A DNA stretch of 64,000 nucleotides from an uncultured Gemmatimonadales bacterium (GCA_963807645.1 CAWECO010000005.1:23510-87509), one strand, 5' to 3'. Counted from the stretch's first letter, positions 52,708 through 63,373 are shown. The notes: generated by a model from the sequence alone, not told the origin. Made by a program: numbers and translations.

Positions 52708-54906
52708 TTACATCACGGCCGCGTCGGCCTGCTCTTCCGACTCGTACAACATCCCCGCCACCAGCTCCGCGACGATGCGGTTGGCGTCGTATACGGTCTC
52801 CAGCGCGGCCCGGATGGCCCGGACATCCACCATCACGTTCCTGCCCTGCTCGGGCAGGTAGATGAAGTCGCGGGACAGGCCGTTGATGTTCCGATCGAAG
52901 TTGAGACCCACGAGCTCGAGCGCCGGGGTGACCGCGGGCGAGCCGCTGTTTCCTCCGTACGAGTCGGTGGTCGATATGAAGTTCAGCGGCGTGCTGAGAT
53001 CGAGCCCCTCAGGCGGAGTCTTCCAGCGCTCGGGGAGGTTCCACTCCTCACCGATCCCCACGCCTTCGCCGTGCCCGAAGTAGCGGTCGTACAGGCCATA
53101 GAAGGTCGTGTACGGAGGCGCGATCGTACCGTTGTAGGGATAGCCCTTCACGATGCCGTCCGCGATCCGGGGCGAGAACGAGCCGTCCGGTGGAATGTCA
53201 CTTCCGTACACCTCGAACCGGACGCGCCCCAGCGCGGCCTGCAGGTCGTTTTCCTCGCTCGTGAGGGCCCCCATGGCAGGCCGGAACTCGCTCGTGAGCG
53301 GACGGAGTTCGGCCATCAGGGCCATCACCGGATCGTCAACCCCGAGCGTACCGGCTTCGATGGCAGCGAGCGTGGCTTCGCCACTGCCGAGAATGCTGTT
53401 CTCCAGCATGGCATTGGCCGCCGCCTCGGGATCGAGCCCGCCCAGGGCGGCCTGCGTGATCGGATGGTCCGCCCCGAGGTAGCGCTCGAAGTCCGCGAAC
53501 CGGTGCGCCAGGAACCCAACCTCGACCTCGGGCGCCCGGTCGCGTACGCGGCCCAGCTCGGCCATGAGTTGCTCCATCTCCTCTTCCGACTCACCGTCCG
53601 CGATGGCGTCGAGAACGGTCTGGGCGCGCATGGCGCGGGCCATCGTGATCGAGCCGGCGAAGGTACTGCCCATGCCCTGGAAAGCCCCCGTGTAGGCCGC
53701 GAATTCACGCTTCTTGACCTGGATGGCGGCCAGGCGGTCGAACACGTCGCCGTAGGTAGCGCTCAGCATCGGGGCGGCGGCGATCGCCTCCCGGAGCTTC
53801 CGTTCCGCGTCGGCCTTGCGGGCCATGATCATCGGTTGGTTGAGAGCCTCGAGCCGGCCCGTATTCGCCTTCAGCGAGTTCGACAGGCCGAACATCCAGT
53901 TGCGGATGCCAAGCGCACGGGCGCCCTCCGGATCGGCCTTCCGGAAGTCCGCCAGGACCCCGAGACGCGTGCCGAGGAAGTGAACGTTGACCGGCACGGA
54001 CACGTCGCGCTGATACTCGAGCTGCGCGATCGTCTTGAGGCGGTTCGTCTGACCGGGATTGCCGATGATGAACACCGCATCGCCTGCCTCCACGCCCGCG
54101 CCCCAGCCGAAGTAGTGCTCGGGCTGGTAGGGCCGGTCGTCCTCGTAGACGCGCAGGAACGAGAAGTCGAGGTCATAGCGCGGATACGTGAAGTTGTCCG
54201 GGTCGCCGCCGAAGAAACCGAGCTCCACCTCGGCCGCCACGACCAGCCGGACGTCCGTGAACCGGCGGAACACGTAGGCGGAGTAGCGGCCCCCGTTGTA
54301 CAGGCCAATGACCTGCACCCAGATCGAGTCTCCGCCCGAGGCATGCTGGGCCTTGAGCTGCGCCTGGATCTCCTGGACGACCTCGGAGCGCGCGGCTTCC
54401 CGGTCTTCGTCGGAGGCAGCGTCGGTCACCGCGAACACCTCGGCCGAGATGTCCTGTACCTGGATCAGCTGGTCCGCGTAGTAGCCCGGGATCCGGCGTT
54501 CGTCGGCCAGGGTCCGGGCGACGAAACCATCGGAAAGCAGGTCCTCCCCTTCTCCGCTCAAGCCGGCGACGCGGCCGCGAACGCAATGGTGGTTCGTGGC
54601 CACCAGGCCGTGCGGCGACACGAACGACGCGGAGCAGCCCGGGATCCGAAGCACCGACAGCCGGGCCCGCTCGAACCACTCGGGGTTGGCGTCAAACTCG
54701 TAGGTCTCGCTGAAGTAGTCCGACGGGGGGTATTCGAACGTCCACATCTTGCCGTAGTCGAATCGCCCTGCCTGGATCGTGTCCAGATCCACGCCACCCA
54801 TCTGGGCGAGCGCGGACTCCGGAGCGATGACCAGGAGCGGCAGTGTAACCGAGAGAATGAGCGCGAGCCGAACGGCCCGCCCGCGGAATCCGCAGGACCG
54901 AAGCAT
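52708..54906 (-). CDS. S46 family dipeptidyl-peptidase (DPP7/DPP11-like)
   Basis: ATG 54906 follows GGAGG. Signal peptide present. Catalytic His motif GLVATNHHC. Ser motif TTDSYGGNSGSPAV. Length ~730 aa. Confidence 0.9.
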   Translation of the reverse strand: MLRSCGFRGRAVRLALILSVTLPLLVIAPESALAQMGGVDLDTIQAGRFDYGKMWTFEYPPSDYFSETYEFDANPEWFERARLSVLRIPGCSASFVSPHGLVATNHHCVRGRVAGLSGEGEDLLSDGFVARTLADERRIPGYYADQLIQVQDISAEVFAVTDAASDEDREAARSEVVQEIQAQLKAQHASGGDSIWVQVIGLYNGGRYSAYVFRRFTDVRLVVAAEVELGFFGGDPDNFTYPRYDLDFSFLRVYEDDRPYQPEHYFGWGAGVEAGDAVFIIGNPGQTNRLKTIAQLEYQRDVSVPVNVHFLGTRLGVLADFRKADPEGARALGIRNWMFGLSNSLKANTGRLEALNQPMIMARKADAERKLREAIAAAPMLSATYGDVFDRLAAIQVKKREFAAYTGAFQGMGSTFAGSITMARAMRAQTVLDAIADGESEEEMEQLMAELGRVRDRAPEVEVGFLAHRFADFERYLGADHPITQAALGGLDPEAAANAMLENSILGSGEATLAAIEAGTLGVDDPVMALMAELRPLTSEFRPAMGALTSEENDLQAALGRVRFEVYGSDIPPDGSFSPRIADGIVKGYPYNGTIAPPYTTFYGLYDRYFGHGEGVGIGEEWNLPERWKTPPEGLDLSTPLNFISTTDSYGGNSGSPAVTPALELVGLNFDRNINGLSRDFIYLPEQGRNVMVDVRAIRAALETVYDANRIVAELVAGMLYESEEQADAAVM

Positions 54907-55117
54907 GGTTGCCTCCAAAGACATATGAACAAAGGCCTTCCACCGAACACATCCCATCTGACACACAGGCCGTGAGTAGCACGGGCAAGATGCTGCGTCG
55001 GGCGCCACTTGTCACCCCGCCCCCCCCCGTACTGATCGCCGTTGGCCCGCTCGCCTTCGACCACTAGTTTCATCATGCTGCCTGACTCGAACCGCGAACC
55101 GTCCGGTGGAGAAACTC

Positions 55118-55585
55118 ATGATCACGCTTCTCGTTAACGGCGAACGCAGGACTGTCGACGCCGACCCGGCCATGCCCCTCCTGTGGGTGCTCCGCGACCT
55201 GCTCAGCCTCAAAGGCACGAAATACGGGTGCGGTGCAGGCCTGTGCGGGTCGTGCACGGTGCACGTGGATGGTGAGCCGGTGCGCTCGTGCATCACGACG
55301 GTGGGATCGGTGGCCGGAAAGGCCGTAACGACGATCGAGGGACTGGCGGAGGATCGACTCTTTCATCCGGTACAGGCGGCCTGGGTCGAGGCTGAGGCGC
55401 CCCAGTGCGGCTACTGCCACCCTGGCCAGATCATGAGTGCCGTCGCCCTGCTGGCGCGGACTCCGAGTCCGACGGATGAGGAGATCGACGCCGCGATGTC
55501 CGGCAACATCTGCCGCTGTGGAACCTACCTGAGGATTCGGGAGGCCATTCATCAGGCAGCGCAAGCCGGGGGAGGTGCATCGTGA
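55118..55585 (+). CDS. (2Fe-2S)-binding small subunit of an aldehyde-oxidase/IorA-like molybdoenzyme
   Basis: [11 protein letters not shown] and [10 protein letters not shown]...NICRCGTY, the two [2Fe-2S] motifs. The stop overlaps the GTG of the large subunit (GTGA at 55582-55585). Confidence 0.9.
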   Translation: MITLLVNGERRTVDADPAMPLLWVLRDLLSLKGTKYGCGAGLCGSCTVHVDGEPVRSCITTVGSVAGKAVTTIEGLAEDRLFHPVQAAWVEAEAPQCGYCHPGQIMSAVALLARTPSPTDEEIDAAMSGNICRCGTYLRIREAIHQAAQAGGGAS

Positions 55586-57786
55586 GCGCCGTCACCAAGG
55601 TCTCGCGGCGCCGATTCGTTCAGACCACGGGTCTCGCTGGATCGGCGTTGATTCTAGGGGTGCGTGCCGGAGTGTCGAAGCGAACCGGGATCCCCGGCAG
55701 CGCCATCGACGCCTTGACGTTCGAGCCGAACGTGTTCGTGGCCATCGGCGAGGACGGCGTGGTTCAGCTGACCGTTCACCGCACCGAGATGGGACAGGGC
55801 GGGAAGACGGCGTGCTGCATGCTGCTCGCCGAGGAACTGGACGTGGATATCGCCGATGTGAGAGTCGTGCAGGCGCTGGCCGATCCCAAGTACGGTCGCC
55901 AGGCCACGTCCGGGAGCACCACGGTGCGCCTGAACTGGGAACCGCTGCGTCGAGCCGGGGCCGCGGCGCGGGAGATGCTCGTCGAGGCGGCGGCACGCCG
56001 GTGGGGCGTGGCGGCCGCGGATTGCCGCACCGAATCCGGAACCGTCCTGCACGGCTCTGATCGCCTCCCGTACGGTGACGTGGCGGCCGAAGCCGCGGAG
56101 CTCCCAGTGCCGCGCCGGCCGGTGCTCAAGGAGATGGAGGACTTCAAGATCATCGGCACCCCACAGCGGCTCCTCGACACCGAGGACATGGTCCGGGGCG
56201 AGGCGGTCTACGGGTACGACATCGAGCTTCCGGACCTTCTGATCGCGAGCATCGAGCGGAGTCCGGTGCCGAAGGGCTCCGTCCGCTCCTTTGACGCGGC
56301 CGCCGCCCGCGCGGTTCGTGACGTGGTGGACGTGATAGAGCTCGAGGCGAACTCCACGGGCCTCACGAACGCCGGTGTCGCGGTTCTCGCCACCAACACG
56401 TGGGCCGCCATGCAGGGGCGGGCGGCCCTGGAGATCGATTGGGAACCCGGTCCGCTGGCCACCGAGACCAGCGACGCCCGGCGCGTCGAACTGGAGCAGA
56501 TCGCGGCGGAGCCGGGACGGATCGCCCGCGAGGAGGGCGACTTCGAAGCTGCAGCGGAAGCCGCGGATCGAGTGATCGAAGCCACCTATCATGCGCCCTA
56601 CGCCGTGCACGCCATGATGGAACCTCCGGCCTGCACGGCCGTCGTCGAGGGGGACCGGTGCGAGGTGTGGTCCGCCACGCAGGGACCTCAGTGGACCGTG
56701 GGTGAGGTCGCGGGGGCGCTCGGCATCCCGGGTGGGAACGTGAAGGTGCACGTGACGCTCGTGGGTGGAGGATTCGGTCGGAAGTCCAAGCCCGACTACG
56801 CGGTCGAGGCGGCGCTTCTGGCGCAGAAGACAGGACGCCCGGTAAAGGTGCTGTGGACCCGCGAAGATGAGGTCCGGCACGGCTTCTATCGTGCCGAGAG
56901 CTACCAGGTCTTGCGGGCGGCGTTGGGTGCGGACGGAACTCCGACAGGGTGGTTTCACCGCTCGGTGTTCCCGGGCATCGGGTGGGGCTTCCCGAAGGGT
57001 GGAGCGCCTCCCTCGGATGGCGAGCTTAGCCAGGGAATGACGACGATCCCCTACCGGTTTCCCAGCGTTCACCTGGAAGCAGCCGGTGCGCCGTCGAGCG
57101 TGCGGATCGGGTGGCTGCGGTCGGTGTGCAACACGTTCCACGCGCACGCTGTGCAGAGCTTCATGGACGAGCTGGCGCACGAACTGGGTCGAGATCCGTT
57201 CGAATTCCATCTGGAGATGCTTGGCGCACCCCGAATCCTGGTGAACCCTGAGGATCCCAACAGCCCGTACCCGTACGACACGGGACGTCTTCGAGCGGTG
57301 GGCGAAGCCGCCGGCGAGATGGCTGGCTGGGGCCGCGCCATGCCGGAGAGGCGCGGCCTTGGATTCGCGATGCACTACAGTTTCAACAGCTACGCCGCCA
57401 TGGTCGCGGATGTCTCCGTAAGCCGAAGCGGCGAGTTGACGGTCCACCAGGTAGACGTCGCCATCGACTGCGGTCCGGTGGTGAATCCGAATGCGGTCGA
57501 GGCTCAAATGCAGGGCGCGATCGCGATGGGCCTTTCGCTGGCGAAGTACGGGAGAATCACGCTGCGCGACGGCGCCGTGGTACAGAGCAACTTCAATGAC
57601 TATCCGGTCGTCCGGATATCGGAGATGCCCAAGGTGAACCTGCGGATGATCGAGACGGGGACCGTGCCGACGGGGATTGGCGAACCGGGCGTCCCGCCCA
57701 CCATGCCCGCGGTCACGAACGCGATTTTCGCGGCTACCGGCATGCGGATTCGAGACCTGCCGCTGGCGGGTCAGGACCTGGGCTGA
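55582..57786 (+). CDS. Molybdopterin-dependent oxidoreductase large subunit (IorB/aldehyde dehydrogenase-like) with Tat signal
   Basis: [20 protein letters not shown] (twin-arginine). Intact 734-aa ORF. TEMGQG and GGGFGRK motifs are typical of the xanthine-oxidase/IorB family. Confidence 0.85.
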   Translation: MSAVTKVSRRRFVQTTGLAGSALILGVRAGVSKRTGIPGSAIDALTFEPNVFVAIGEDGVVQLTVHRTEMGQGGKTACCMLLAEELDVDIADVRVVQALADPKYGRQATSGSTTVRLNWEPLRRAGAAAREMLVEAAARRWGVAAADCRTESGTVLHGSDRLPYGDVAAEAAELPVPRRPVLKEMEDFKIIGTPQRLLDTEDMVRGEAVYGYDIELPDLLIASIERSPVPKGSVRSFDAAAARAVRDVVDVIELEANSTGLTNAGVAVLATNTWAAMQGRAALEIDWEPGPLATETSDARRVELEQIAAEPGRIAREEGDFEAAAEAADRVIEATYHAPYAVHAMMEPPACTAVVEGDRCEVWSATQGPQWTVGEVAGALGIPGGNVKVHVTLVGGGFGRKSKPDYAVEAALLAQKTGRPVKVLWTREDEVRHGFYRAESYQVLRAALGADGTPTGWFHRSVFPGIGWGFPKGGAPPSDGELSQGMTTIPYRFPSVHLEAAGAPSSVRIGWLRSVCNTFHAHAVQSFMDELAHELGRDPFEFHLEMLGAPRILVNPEDPNSPYPYDTGRLRAVGEAAGEMAGWGRAMPERRGLGFAMHYSFNSYAAMVADVSVSRSGELTVHQVDVAIDCGPVVNPNAVEAQMQGAIAMGLSLAKYGRITLRDGAVVQSNFNDYPVVRISEMPKVNLRMIETGTVPTGIGEPGVPPTMPAVTNAIFAATGMRIRDLPLAGQDLG

Positions 57787-57788
57787 AC

Positions 57789-59231
57789 TCAGCCGGCGAT
57801 GCGTTGTCGGGAGGCCCGGCCCACGCTTCTCAACATCCCGCGGAACACGAAGGCATGCACTGGAAGCGCGACGTACCAGTAGAGCAGACCGGCCAATCCG
57901 TGTGGGTCGAAGATCGCTGTTTGGGTCAGAACGCTCCCACCGTTGTCGGGCTCGACTTCGAACTGTAGCCAGGCCCGACCGGGAATCTTCATCTCGGCGC
58001 GCAGTCTCAGGAACTGGTCCGGCTCGTAGGCCTCGACTCGCCAGAAATCCAGCGCGTCTCCGGGGCGGAGATCGACGGGGTCCCGGCGTCCACGCCTCAG
58101 GCCCGGTCCCCCTATCAGACGATCAAAGGCCCCGCGAATCCTCCAGAGCAGATCGCCGTAGTACCAGCCCACTTCGCCCCCGATTCGACGTATCGGCTCG
58201 AAGGCCTCGACCGTCGGCGCCTCCACTCGAATGGCCTGACTGTCTACGATCCGGCGGCCGTATCGGCGAGGGCGCGTGGGGGCGCCCACGATGCCCGCAT
58301 CTGACCAGCGGGTAATCGCGAATTGTTGATCCTCGTTGTCCAGGGCCCGGGCGATCGACTCGGCCATCCCTCGTGGGCGAACGCCAAACACTTCCTTGGC
58401 CGACCCGTCATGCACCACAGTGGGGTTACGCACGCCCTCGATCAGCTTGCGGCCTACGCGGGCGTAGAGGGGAGTGATGAGACCGAGCCACAAGCTGGAA
58501 ATCGCCGGCGTCAGGACCGGAACCGGGATCATGATCCGACGTAGGCCCCTCTGCCGGGCGTACTCGCGCATGATATCGCCGTAGCTCAAGACATCGGCTC
58601 CGCCGATCTCGAACACCCGGCTGCCGTCGATGGAGACCTGGCGGGCTTCCATCAGATAAGCGATCACGTCTTCGATGGAGATTGGCTGCGCCAGGACGTT
58701 CACCCAGGAAGGCGTCGTCATGACGGGTAGCTTCTGGACCAGGGCCCGGATCATCTCGAAGGAGAGGCTTCCGGAACCGATGATGATGGATGCTCTCAGT
58801 TCGATCACGGTCACGCCGAACTCGGCCAGGATGCGTCCCACGTCCTGCCGGGTCTCGAGGTGGCTGGAAAGATCATCCCCGCTCCCGAGTCCCCCGAGGT
58901 ATATGATCCGGCCTACGCCGGCCTCCCGCGCCGCATGCCCGAAAGTCCGCGCGGCACGGCGTTCCATCTCTTCCCAGTCCCCGTCGTCACTCATCGAGTG
59001 AACCAGGTAGTAGGCCGTTGTAACACCGGCCATGGCTTCCGCGAGGCTGTTTCGATCGAGCACGTCGCCTTGGACCACCTCCGTCGATGCGGCGACGCGC
59101 GAGGCAAGAAAATCCGGCCGGCGCGCGAGACACCGGAGGGGTACGCCCTCCTCCTCGAGCGCCTCGAGCAACCGGCCTCCGACGTAGCCGGTAGCGCCTG
59201 TGAGAAGGGTCAGCCCGGGCGACTCAAGCAC
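57789..59231 (-). CDS. NAD(P)-binding SDR/NmrA-like domain fused to a DUF2867-like domain
   Basis: GTG 59231 overlaps the upstream SDR stop by 8 nt. LLTGATGYVGGRLLEAL (Rossmann). The C-terminal region WRVEAYEPDQFLRLRAEMKIPGRAWLQFEV is recalled as DUF2867-like. Confidence 0.75.
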   Translation of the reverse strand: MLESPGLTLLTGATGYVGGRLLEALEEEGVPLRCLARRPDFLASRVAASTEVVQGDVLDRNSLAEAMAGVTTAYYLVHSMSDDGDWEEMERRAARTFGHAAREAGVGRIIYLGGLGSGDDLSSHLETRQDVGRILAEFGVTVIELRASIIIGSGSLSFEMIRALVQKLPVMTTPSWVNVLAQPISIEDVIAYLMEARQVSIDGSRVFEIGGADVLSYGDIMREYARQRGLRRIMIPVPVLTPAISSLWLGLITPLYARVGRKLIEGVRNPTVVHDGSAKEVFGVRPRGMAESIARALDNEDQQFAITRWSDAGIVGAPTRPRRYGRRIVDSQAIRVEAPTVEAFEPIRRIGGEVGWYYGDLLWRIRGAFDRLIGGPGLRRGRRDPVDLRPGDALDFWRVEAYEPDQFLRLRAEMKIPGRAWLQFEVEPDNGGSVLTQTAIFDPHGLAGLLYWYVALPVHAFVFRGMLRSVGRASRQRIAG

Positions 59232-59967
59232 GGGGCATCGTGCGGGCGCTTCCAAGGCCCCCGTCGACTCCGAGGATCTGCCCGGTGACCCAGCTCTGCT
59301 CGGAATCGAGCAACCACGTGATCGCGGATGCCACGTCCATCGGTTCCCCGAGACGGCCCAGCGCATGCAAGGACCGGGAAGCTTCCGACGCTCGCTCATT
59401 CGAGGTGATCCGCTCGGTCAAGGGAGTCCGCACCAACCCCGGCGCCACCGCATTGACGCGAATGCCGGCCGGACCGTAGGTGGCCGCGGCCGAACGGACG
59501 AGTCCTTCGATGCCGCCCTTGGCAGCCGCGATCGCTTCGTGGTTCGGAAGACCCGACCGAACGGCAGCCGTGCTGACCAGGACGACCGACCCGCCCTGCT
59601 GAAGCGATTTTCCGCCAGCGCGCACGGCTGCGAAAGCCGTGTCCAGGTTCTGGGCGATCGTCTCGCGGTAGGCGGCCTCGGAGGTCATGTGGGCGGGCCG
59701 CAGGAGCACGGACCCCACGCAGTTGGTGATCCCATCGAGCCGGCCCCACAGAGCCATTGCCCGCCCGACGGCCTCCTCCACGGCATCGAACTGCGTAGCG
59801 TCCGCGGAGAGAGGCTCGCAACCGGTTTCCCGCCCGAGTTCATCGAGGCGGTCCTGGTTTCGGGCCACGGCCAGGACGTTGAAGCTCTGTTCGGTCAGAC
59901 GGCGGGTCACGGCAGACCCTATTCCCCCAGTTCCGCCAAGAACCACGAATGCGGGCACGTCACTCAT
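59224..59967 (-). CDS. SDR family oxidoreductase (atypical: Ile at the catalytic Tyr position)
   Basis: VVLGGTGGIGSA (TGxxxGxG-like). IRVNAVAPGLVRTPL is present. The active-site segment reads STAAVRSGLPNHEAIAAAKGG instead of S...YxxxK. Confidence 0.8.
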   Translation of the reverse strand: MSDVPAFVVLGGTGGIGSAVTRRLTEQSFNVLAVARNQDRLDELGRETGCEPLSADATQFDAVEEAVGRAMALWGRLDGITNCVGSVLLRPAHMTSEAAYRETIAQNLDTAFAAVRAGGKSLQQGGSVVLVSTAAVRSGLPNHEAIAAAKGGIEGLVRSAAATYGPAGIRVNAVAPGLVRTPLTERITSNERASEASRSLHALGRLGEPMDVASAITWLLDSEQSWVTGQILGVDGGLGSARTMPRA

Positions 59968-60017
59968 CGAAGACTCCCTCAGGTGTAAGACCGGCCACGG
60001 GGCCCGGCTCTCAGCAC

Positions 60018-60050
60018 GGAAGCCCGGCGCTCACACAGCACCGGGCTTCC
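60018..60050 (-). terminator. Candidate hairpin downstream of the fasciclin gene
   Basis: GGAAGCCCGG (60018-60027) and CCGGGCTTCC (60041-60050) form a perfect 10-bp stem with a 13-nt loop. No U-tract. Confidence 0.35.
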
Positions 60051-60123
60051 ACAAATGTACCATCAGTTGTCATGTCTACCGAACGGACGGGGGCGCGTGC
60101 GAGCTCCCCCGCCCGGCGACGGG

Positions 60124-60642
60124 TCAGTCCGTGGACGGCAGCAGGACCGCGTCGATCACGTGGATCACGCCGTTGCTGGCCTCGACGTCGGCCGCAATGA
60201 CTTGGGCGTCATTGACGTACACCTTATCCATTTTCACGGAGATTTCGACCGAGCCACCCTGTAGCGTCTCCGCGGACGTCAGCGTCACCACTTGGTCGGC
60301 TGTGACCTTGCCCTCGACCACGTGATACAGGAGGACTGCCTGCAGTTTCTCCTTGTTCTCCGGCTTCAGAAGGGTCTCCACAGTACCTTCCGGCAACTTC
60401 GCGAAGGCTTCGTCCGTCGGCGCGAACACGGTCAGCGGACCCTCACCCATGAGCGCGCCCGCCAGGTCGGCGGCTTTGGCCGCGGCGATCAGCGTGTTGA
60501 ACGTACCGGCCTCGGCCGCAACCTCGACGATGTTCTTTGCATCCATGTTGTGGTCTTTGGCCATCTCCTGCGCCGCAACCGTGGAAGCAGACGCTGCCAG
60601 AGCAACGGCGACTCCGAATGCCATGATCATTTTGCTGTACAT
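60124..60642 (-). CDS. Secreted fasciclin (FAS1) domain protein
   Basis: ATG 60642 follows AAGGAG (7-nt spacer). Signal peptide present. TVFAPTDEAFAKLPEGTVETLL and NGVIHVIDAVLLP are FAS1 H1/H2-type motifs. Confidence 0.9.
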   Translation of the reverse strand: MYSKMIMAFGVAVALAASASTVAAQEMAKDHNMDAKNIVEVAAEAGTFNTLIAAAKAADLAGALMGEGPLTVFAPTDEAFAKLPEGTVETLLKPENKEKLQAVLLYHVVEGKVTADQVVTLTSAETLQGGSVEISVKMDKVYVNDAQVIAADVEASNGVIHVIDAVLLPSTD

Positions 60643-60771
60643 GGGTCGTTCTCCTTGGTCTGTTTGGAACTGCACTCTACGTTACTGCGATCTATGATAG
60701 AGGCCCCACCGGGTGGCGAAGTCGTCACGGTCTGTACGTCGTAAGAGAAAGGATAGCGTGCCGGAGAGTGT

Positions 60772-60818
60772 TTGTCAAGTCTTTGTCTACATGCAATAAC
60801 TAGATATTAAATAGACAA
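60772..60818. promoter_or_regulatory. Candidate CarH/LitR operator overlapping the photolyase promoter
   Basis: TTGTCAA 60772, TTGTCTA 60783, CTAGATA 60800, TAGACAA 60812. These overlap TTGTCT-N16-TATTAA (60783-60810), 38 nt before ATG 60849. The same 7-mer family recurs at 63374-63416. Confidence 0.45.
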
Positions 60819-60848
60819 TCATGCAAAACGGGGAACGAGACCATCAGA

Positions 60849-62315
60849 ATGGACACACACGTACCGGAGTCCAGGGTTCGCGAACTGAACGATCGGGCTC
60901 CCAACCCGGAAGGGCAGTACATCCTGTACTGGATGACGAGTCACCGGCGCACCTCGGACAATTTCGCGCTCCAACGGGCCGTCGACTGGGCGGTCCAACT
61001 CGGACGCGGGGTCCTCGTCCTGGAGCCGCTCCGCTGCGACTACGAGTGGGCGAGTGATCGATTCCATCAGTTCATCGTGGACGGGATGGAGGACAACTCG
61101 GCAGCGCTGCGCGGGCGCGCGGGAATCGCATACTACCCGTTCGTCGAGCGCGAGCGCGGAGGGGGAAAGGGACTGCTGGAAGCGCTGGGCGAGGAGGCGT
61201 GTGTCGTCGTCACGGACGACTACCCGACGTTCTTCCTGCCCCGCATGCTCGAGGCCGCGAGTGGGCGCATGAAGGTCCGGATCGAGGCCGTCGACTCGAA
61301 TGGCCTCCTTCCGATGCGGAGCACCGACCGGGTATATCCCAGCGCCTACACATTCCGCCGGTACCTGCAGAAGAACCTGCCCTTACACCTCGAACAAGCG
61401 CCGGAGGGCGACCCTGTCGCCAGGCTCGCCTCGTCGAAGAGCCCAACGGTGCCAGATCATGTCCTCGATCGCTGGCCGTCGGCAGCCGTCGAGCTTCAGA
61501 AGGACGGACTCGATGTCGGAACGCTTCCGCTGGACCACTCGGTGGGTCCGACGTCGCTTCGGGGCGGATCCCGTGCGGCACAAGAGCGTCTCGGCGAATT
61601 CCTGCGGCATCGGCTCGCCCGGTACGGGGAGCGCAGCCATCCGGATGAGGAGGCGGCCAGCGGTCTCTCGCCATATCTCCATTTCGGTCACATTGGCCCG
61701 CACGCCGTCCTTGCGCGCCTCGGCGAGCGGGAAGACTGGACACCCGCTTTCGAGGGTCGCCCGACCCACGGCAAGCGGGCCGGCTGGTGGGGAATGAGCG
61801 AAGCCGCGGAGGGATTCCTGGACGAGCTGGTCACGTGGCGCGAAGTCGGCTTCAACATGGCCGCCAACCGCGCCGACCACCGCGAGTACGAGTCACTTCC
61901 CGACTGGGCGCAGCTAACTCTGGCGGAGCACGCGGACGATCCACGACCCCATCTGTACGGTCTCGAGCAGTTGGAAAGCGCGAGTACCGGGGACGAATTG
62001 TGGAACGCCGCTCAGCGACAGCTCCTGCGGGATGGAGTGATCAGCAACTACCTGAGGATGCTCTGGGGCAAGAAGATTCTGGAGTGGACGGAAACTCCGC
62101 GCGAAGCGGCCCGCGTCATGATCGAACTGAACAACCGATACGCCCTCGACGGCCGGGATCCGAATTCGTACTCGGGTATCTACTGGTGCCTGGGCAGGTA
62201 CGACCGGCCGTGGGGCCCGGAGCGACCCGTCTTCGGCAAAATCCGCTATATGACCTCGAAGAACACGGCCCGCAAACTGCGCCTGGGCGACTATCTGGAG
62301 CGATATGCGCCGTGA
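60849..62315 (+). CDS. phr: Class II CPD photolyase (deoxyribodipyrimidine photo-lyase)
   Basis: YILYWMTSHRRTSDNFALQ at the N-terminus. The C-terminus reads NYLRMLWGKKILEW...LDGRDPNSYSGIYWCLGRYDRPWGPERPVFGKIRYM, typical of class II enzymes. Confidence 0.9.
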   Translation: MDTHVPESRVRELNDRAPNPEGQYILYWMTSHRRTSDNFALQRAVDWAVQLGRGVLVLEPLRCDYEWASDRFHQFIVDGMEDNSAALRGRAGIAYYPFVERERGGGKGLLEALGEEACVVVTDDYPTFFLPRMLEAASGRMKVRIEAVDSNGLLPMRSTDRVYPSAYTFRRYLQKNLPLHLEQAPEGDPVARLASSKSPTVPDHVLDRWPSAAVELQKDGLDVGTLPLDHSVGPTSLRGGSRAAQERLGEFLRHRLARYGERSHPDEEAASGLSPYLHFGHIGPHAVLARLGEREDWTPAFEGRPTHGKRAGWWGMSEAAEGFLDELVTWREVGFNMAANRADHREYESLPDWAQLTLAEHADDPRPHLYGLEQLESASTGDELWNAAQRQLLRDGVISNYLRMLWGKKILEWTETPREAARVMIELNNRYALDGRDPNSYSGIYWCLGRYDRPWGPERPVFGKIRYMTSKNTARKLRLGDYLERYAP

Positions 62316-62330
62316 AGCGCGGGACCTTCG

Positions 62331-63299
62331 TCAGGCCGGTACGCCTGAATCCTGGATCGAGGCGAGGGTCGCATAGAGATCCGCGAGACTCATTACGATC
62401 CGGCAGCCGCTGGCTTCGATGGCTTCCCGGTAGGACGGAGCCGCCCGCCCTCCCGCCAGGATCGGCATGGCGGGCCCAACTTCGGCCCGAAGCTGCCGCA
62501 GGCCCTCCGCTACTCTCGGATCGTTCATCGGAAACACGAGACTCACGGCGATCGCCGAAGCGGCCGTGCTGCGGGCCACATCCGCGATGTCCGCGGCCGG
62601 CAGATCCGTTCCCAGGTAGGTCACCCGCCAACCCTGCGTTGCGGCAGCCGCGGACACGAACAGAGCCCCGAACTCGTGGACCTGTCCGGTTGGAGTCGCG
62701 ATCACCAGGCCCGGTGCATCGGCTCCCGGCATGGCCGAGTTCGCCAGGGACTCCAGCACCCGGCGGATAACCGCCGTGGCCAGGTGCTCCTGACCCGGGC
62801 TGAGCTTACCGTGTTCCCAGCTCTCGCCGATGGTCGTCAGCAGTGGACCGAGGACTTCCTCCAGCAGCATTGGGGCGGACAGCGCAACGGCCGACCGCAT
62901 GAGGGACTTCTCCAGCTTCCGCGCGTCGAGCGACTCGACGGCCTCGAGGCAGGCCGCGAGATGCACGGCGGGGGCGGCCGCCAGGGTCTGTTCGACTTCC
63001 CGACGGCGCTCGACGGCCGCGTCTTCATCGTCCCGCACGAGCGCCTTCAAGTCGACCATGGGCAGGTCCGCCACGCGGCTGATTCGTCGTCCGGCCGAGA
63101 CGGCGCGGTGGAGAAGGCCAAGACGCTCGACGTCCTGGTCGGAGTAGAGCCGGTGTCCGCCGCTCGAGCGACCCGGCTCGACGACCTCATAGCGCTTTTC
63201 CCATACACGCAGAACGTCGGCGGTAAGTCCTGTTCTGGTGGCCACGACCTGTATGGGGTGCCGCTTTTCGACGGCGACGTCTGAGCTCAGGTCAGTCAA
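62331..63299 (-). CDS. litR: MerR-family, B12-binding light-responsive regulator (CarH/LitR type)
   Basis: HTH: IQVVATRTGLTADVLRVWEKRY. W-x9-EH signature: WEHGKLSPGQEH. B12 lower-ligand loop: GQVHEFG, then AVSL and ILAGG. The start is proposed at TTG 63299 (GAGGAGA 6 nt upstream); the ORF track allows ATG 63383. Confidence 0.8.
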   Translation of the reverse strand: MTDLSSDVAVEKRHPIQVVATRTGLTADVLRVWEKRYEVVEPGRSSGGHRLYSDQDVERLGLLHRAVSAGRRISRVADLPMVDLKALVRDDEDAAVERRREVEQTLAAAPAVHLAACLEAVESLDARKLEKSLMRSAVALSAPMLLEEVLGPLLTTIGESWEHGKLSPGQEHLATAVIRRVLESLANSAMPGADAPGLVIATPTGQVHEFGALFVSAAAATQGWRVTYLGTDLPAADIADVARSTAASAIAVSLVFPMNDPRVAEGLRQLRAEVGPAMPILAGGRAAPSYREAIEASGCRIVMSLADLYATLASIQDSGVPA

Positions 63300-63373
63300 T
63301 GCACTTCTCCTCGCGGCAATCACCACGCACAGTTCTGGACAGCCGTTGAACGGAATTCGTTGGGCGCCCAAAA

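Noticed and set aside
49978-57507. Very long ORFs antisense to real genes: 49978..52125 (715 aa), 52648..54975 (775 aa) and 55654..57507 (617 aa). Similar cases are 693..2402, 18663..19919, 20272..21471, 31533..32894 and 43528..45141.
   Set aside because: They are Arg/Gly/Pro/His-rich low-complexity translations with no recognisable motifs. Each lies opposite a gene with clear family signatures. These are typical stop-codon-poor shadow ORFs of high-GC DNA.
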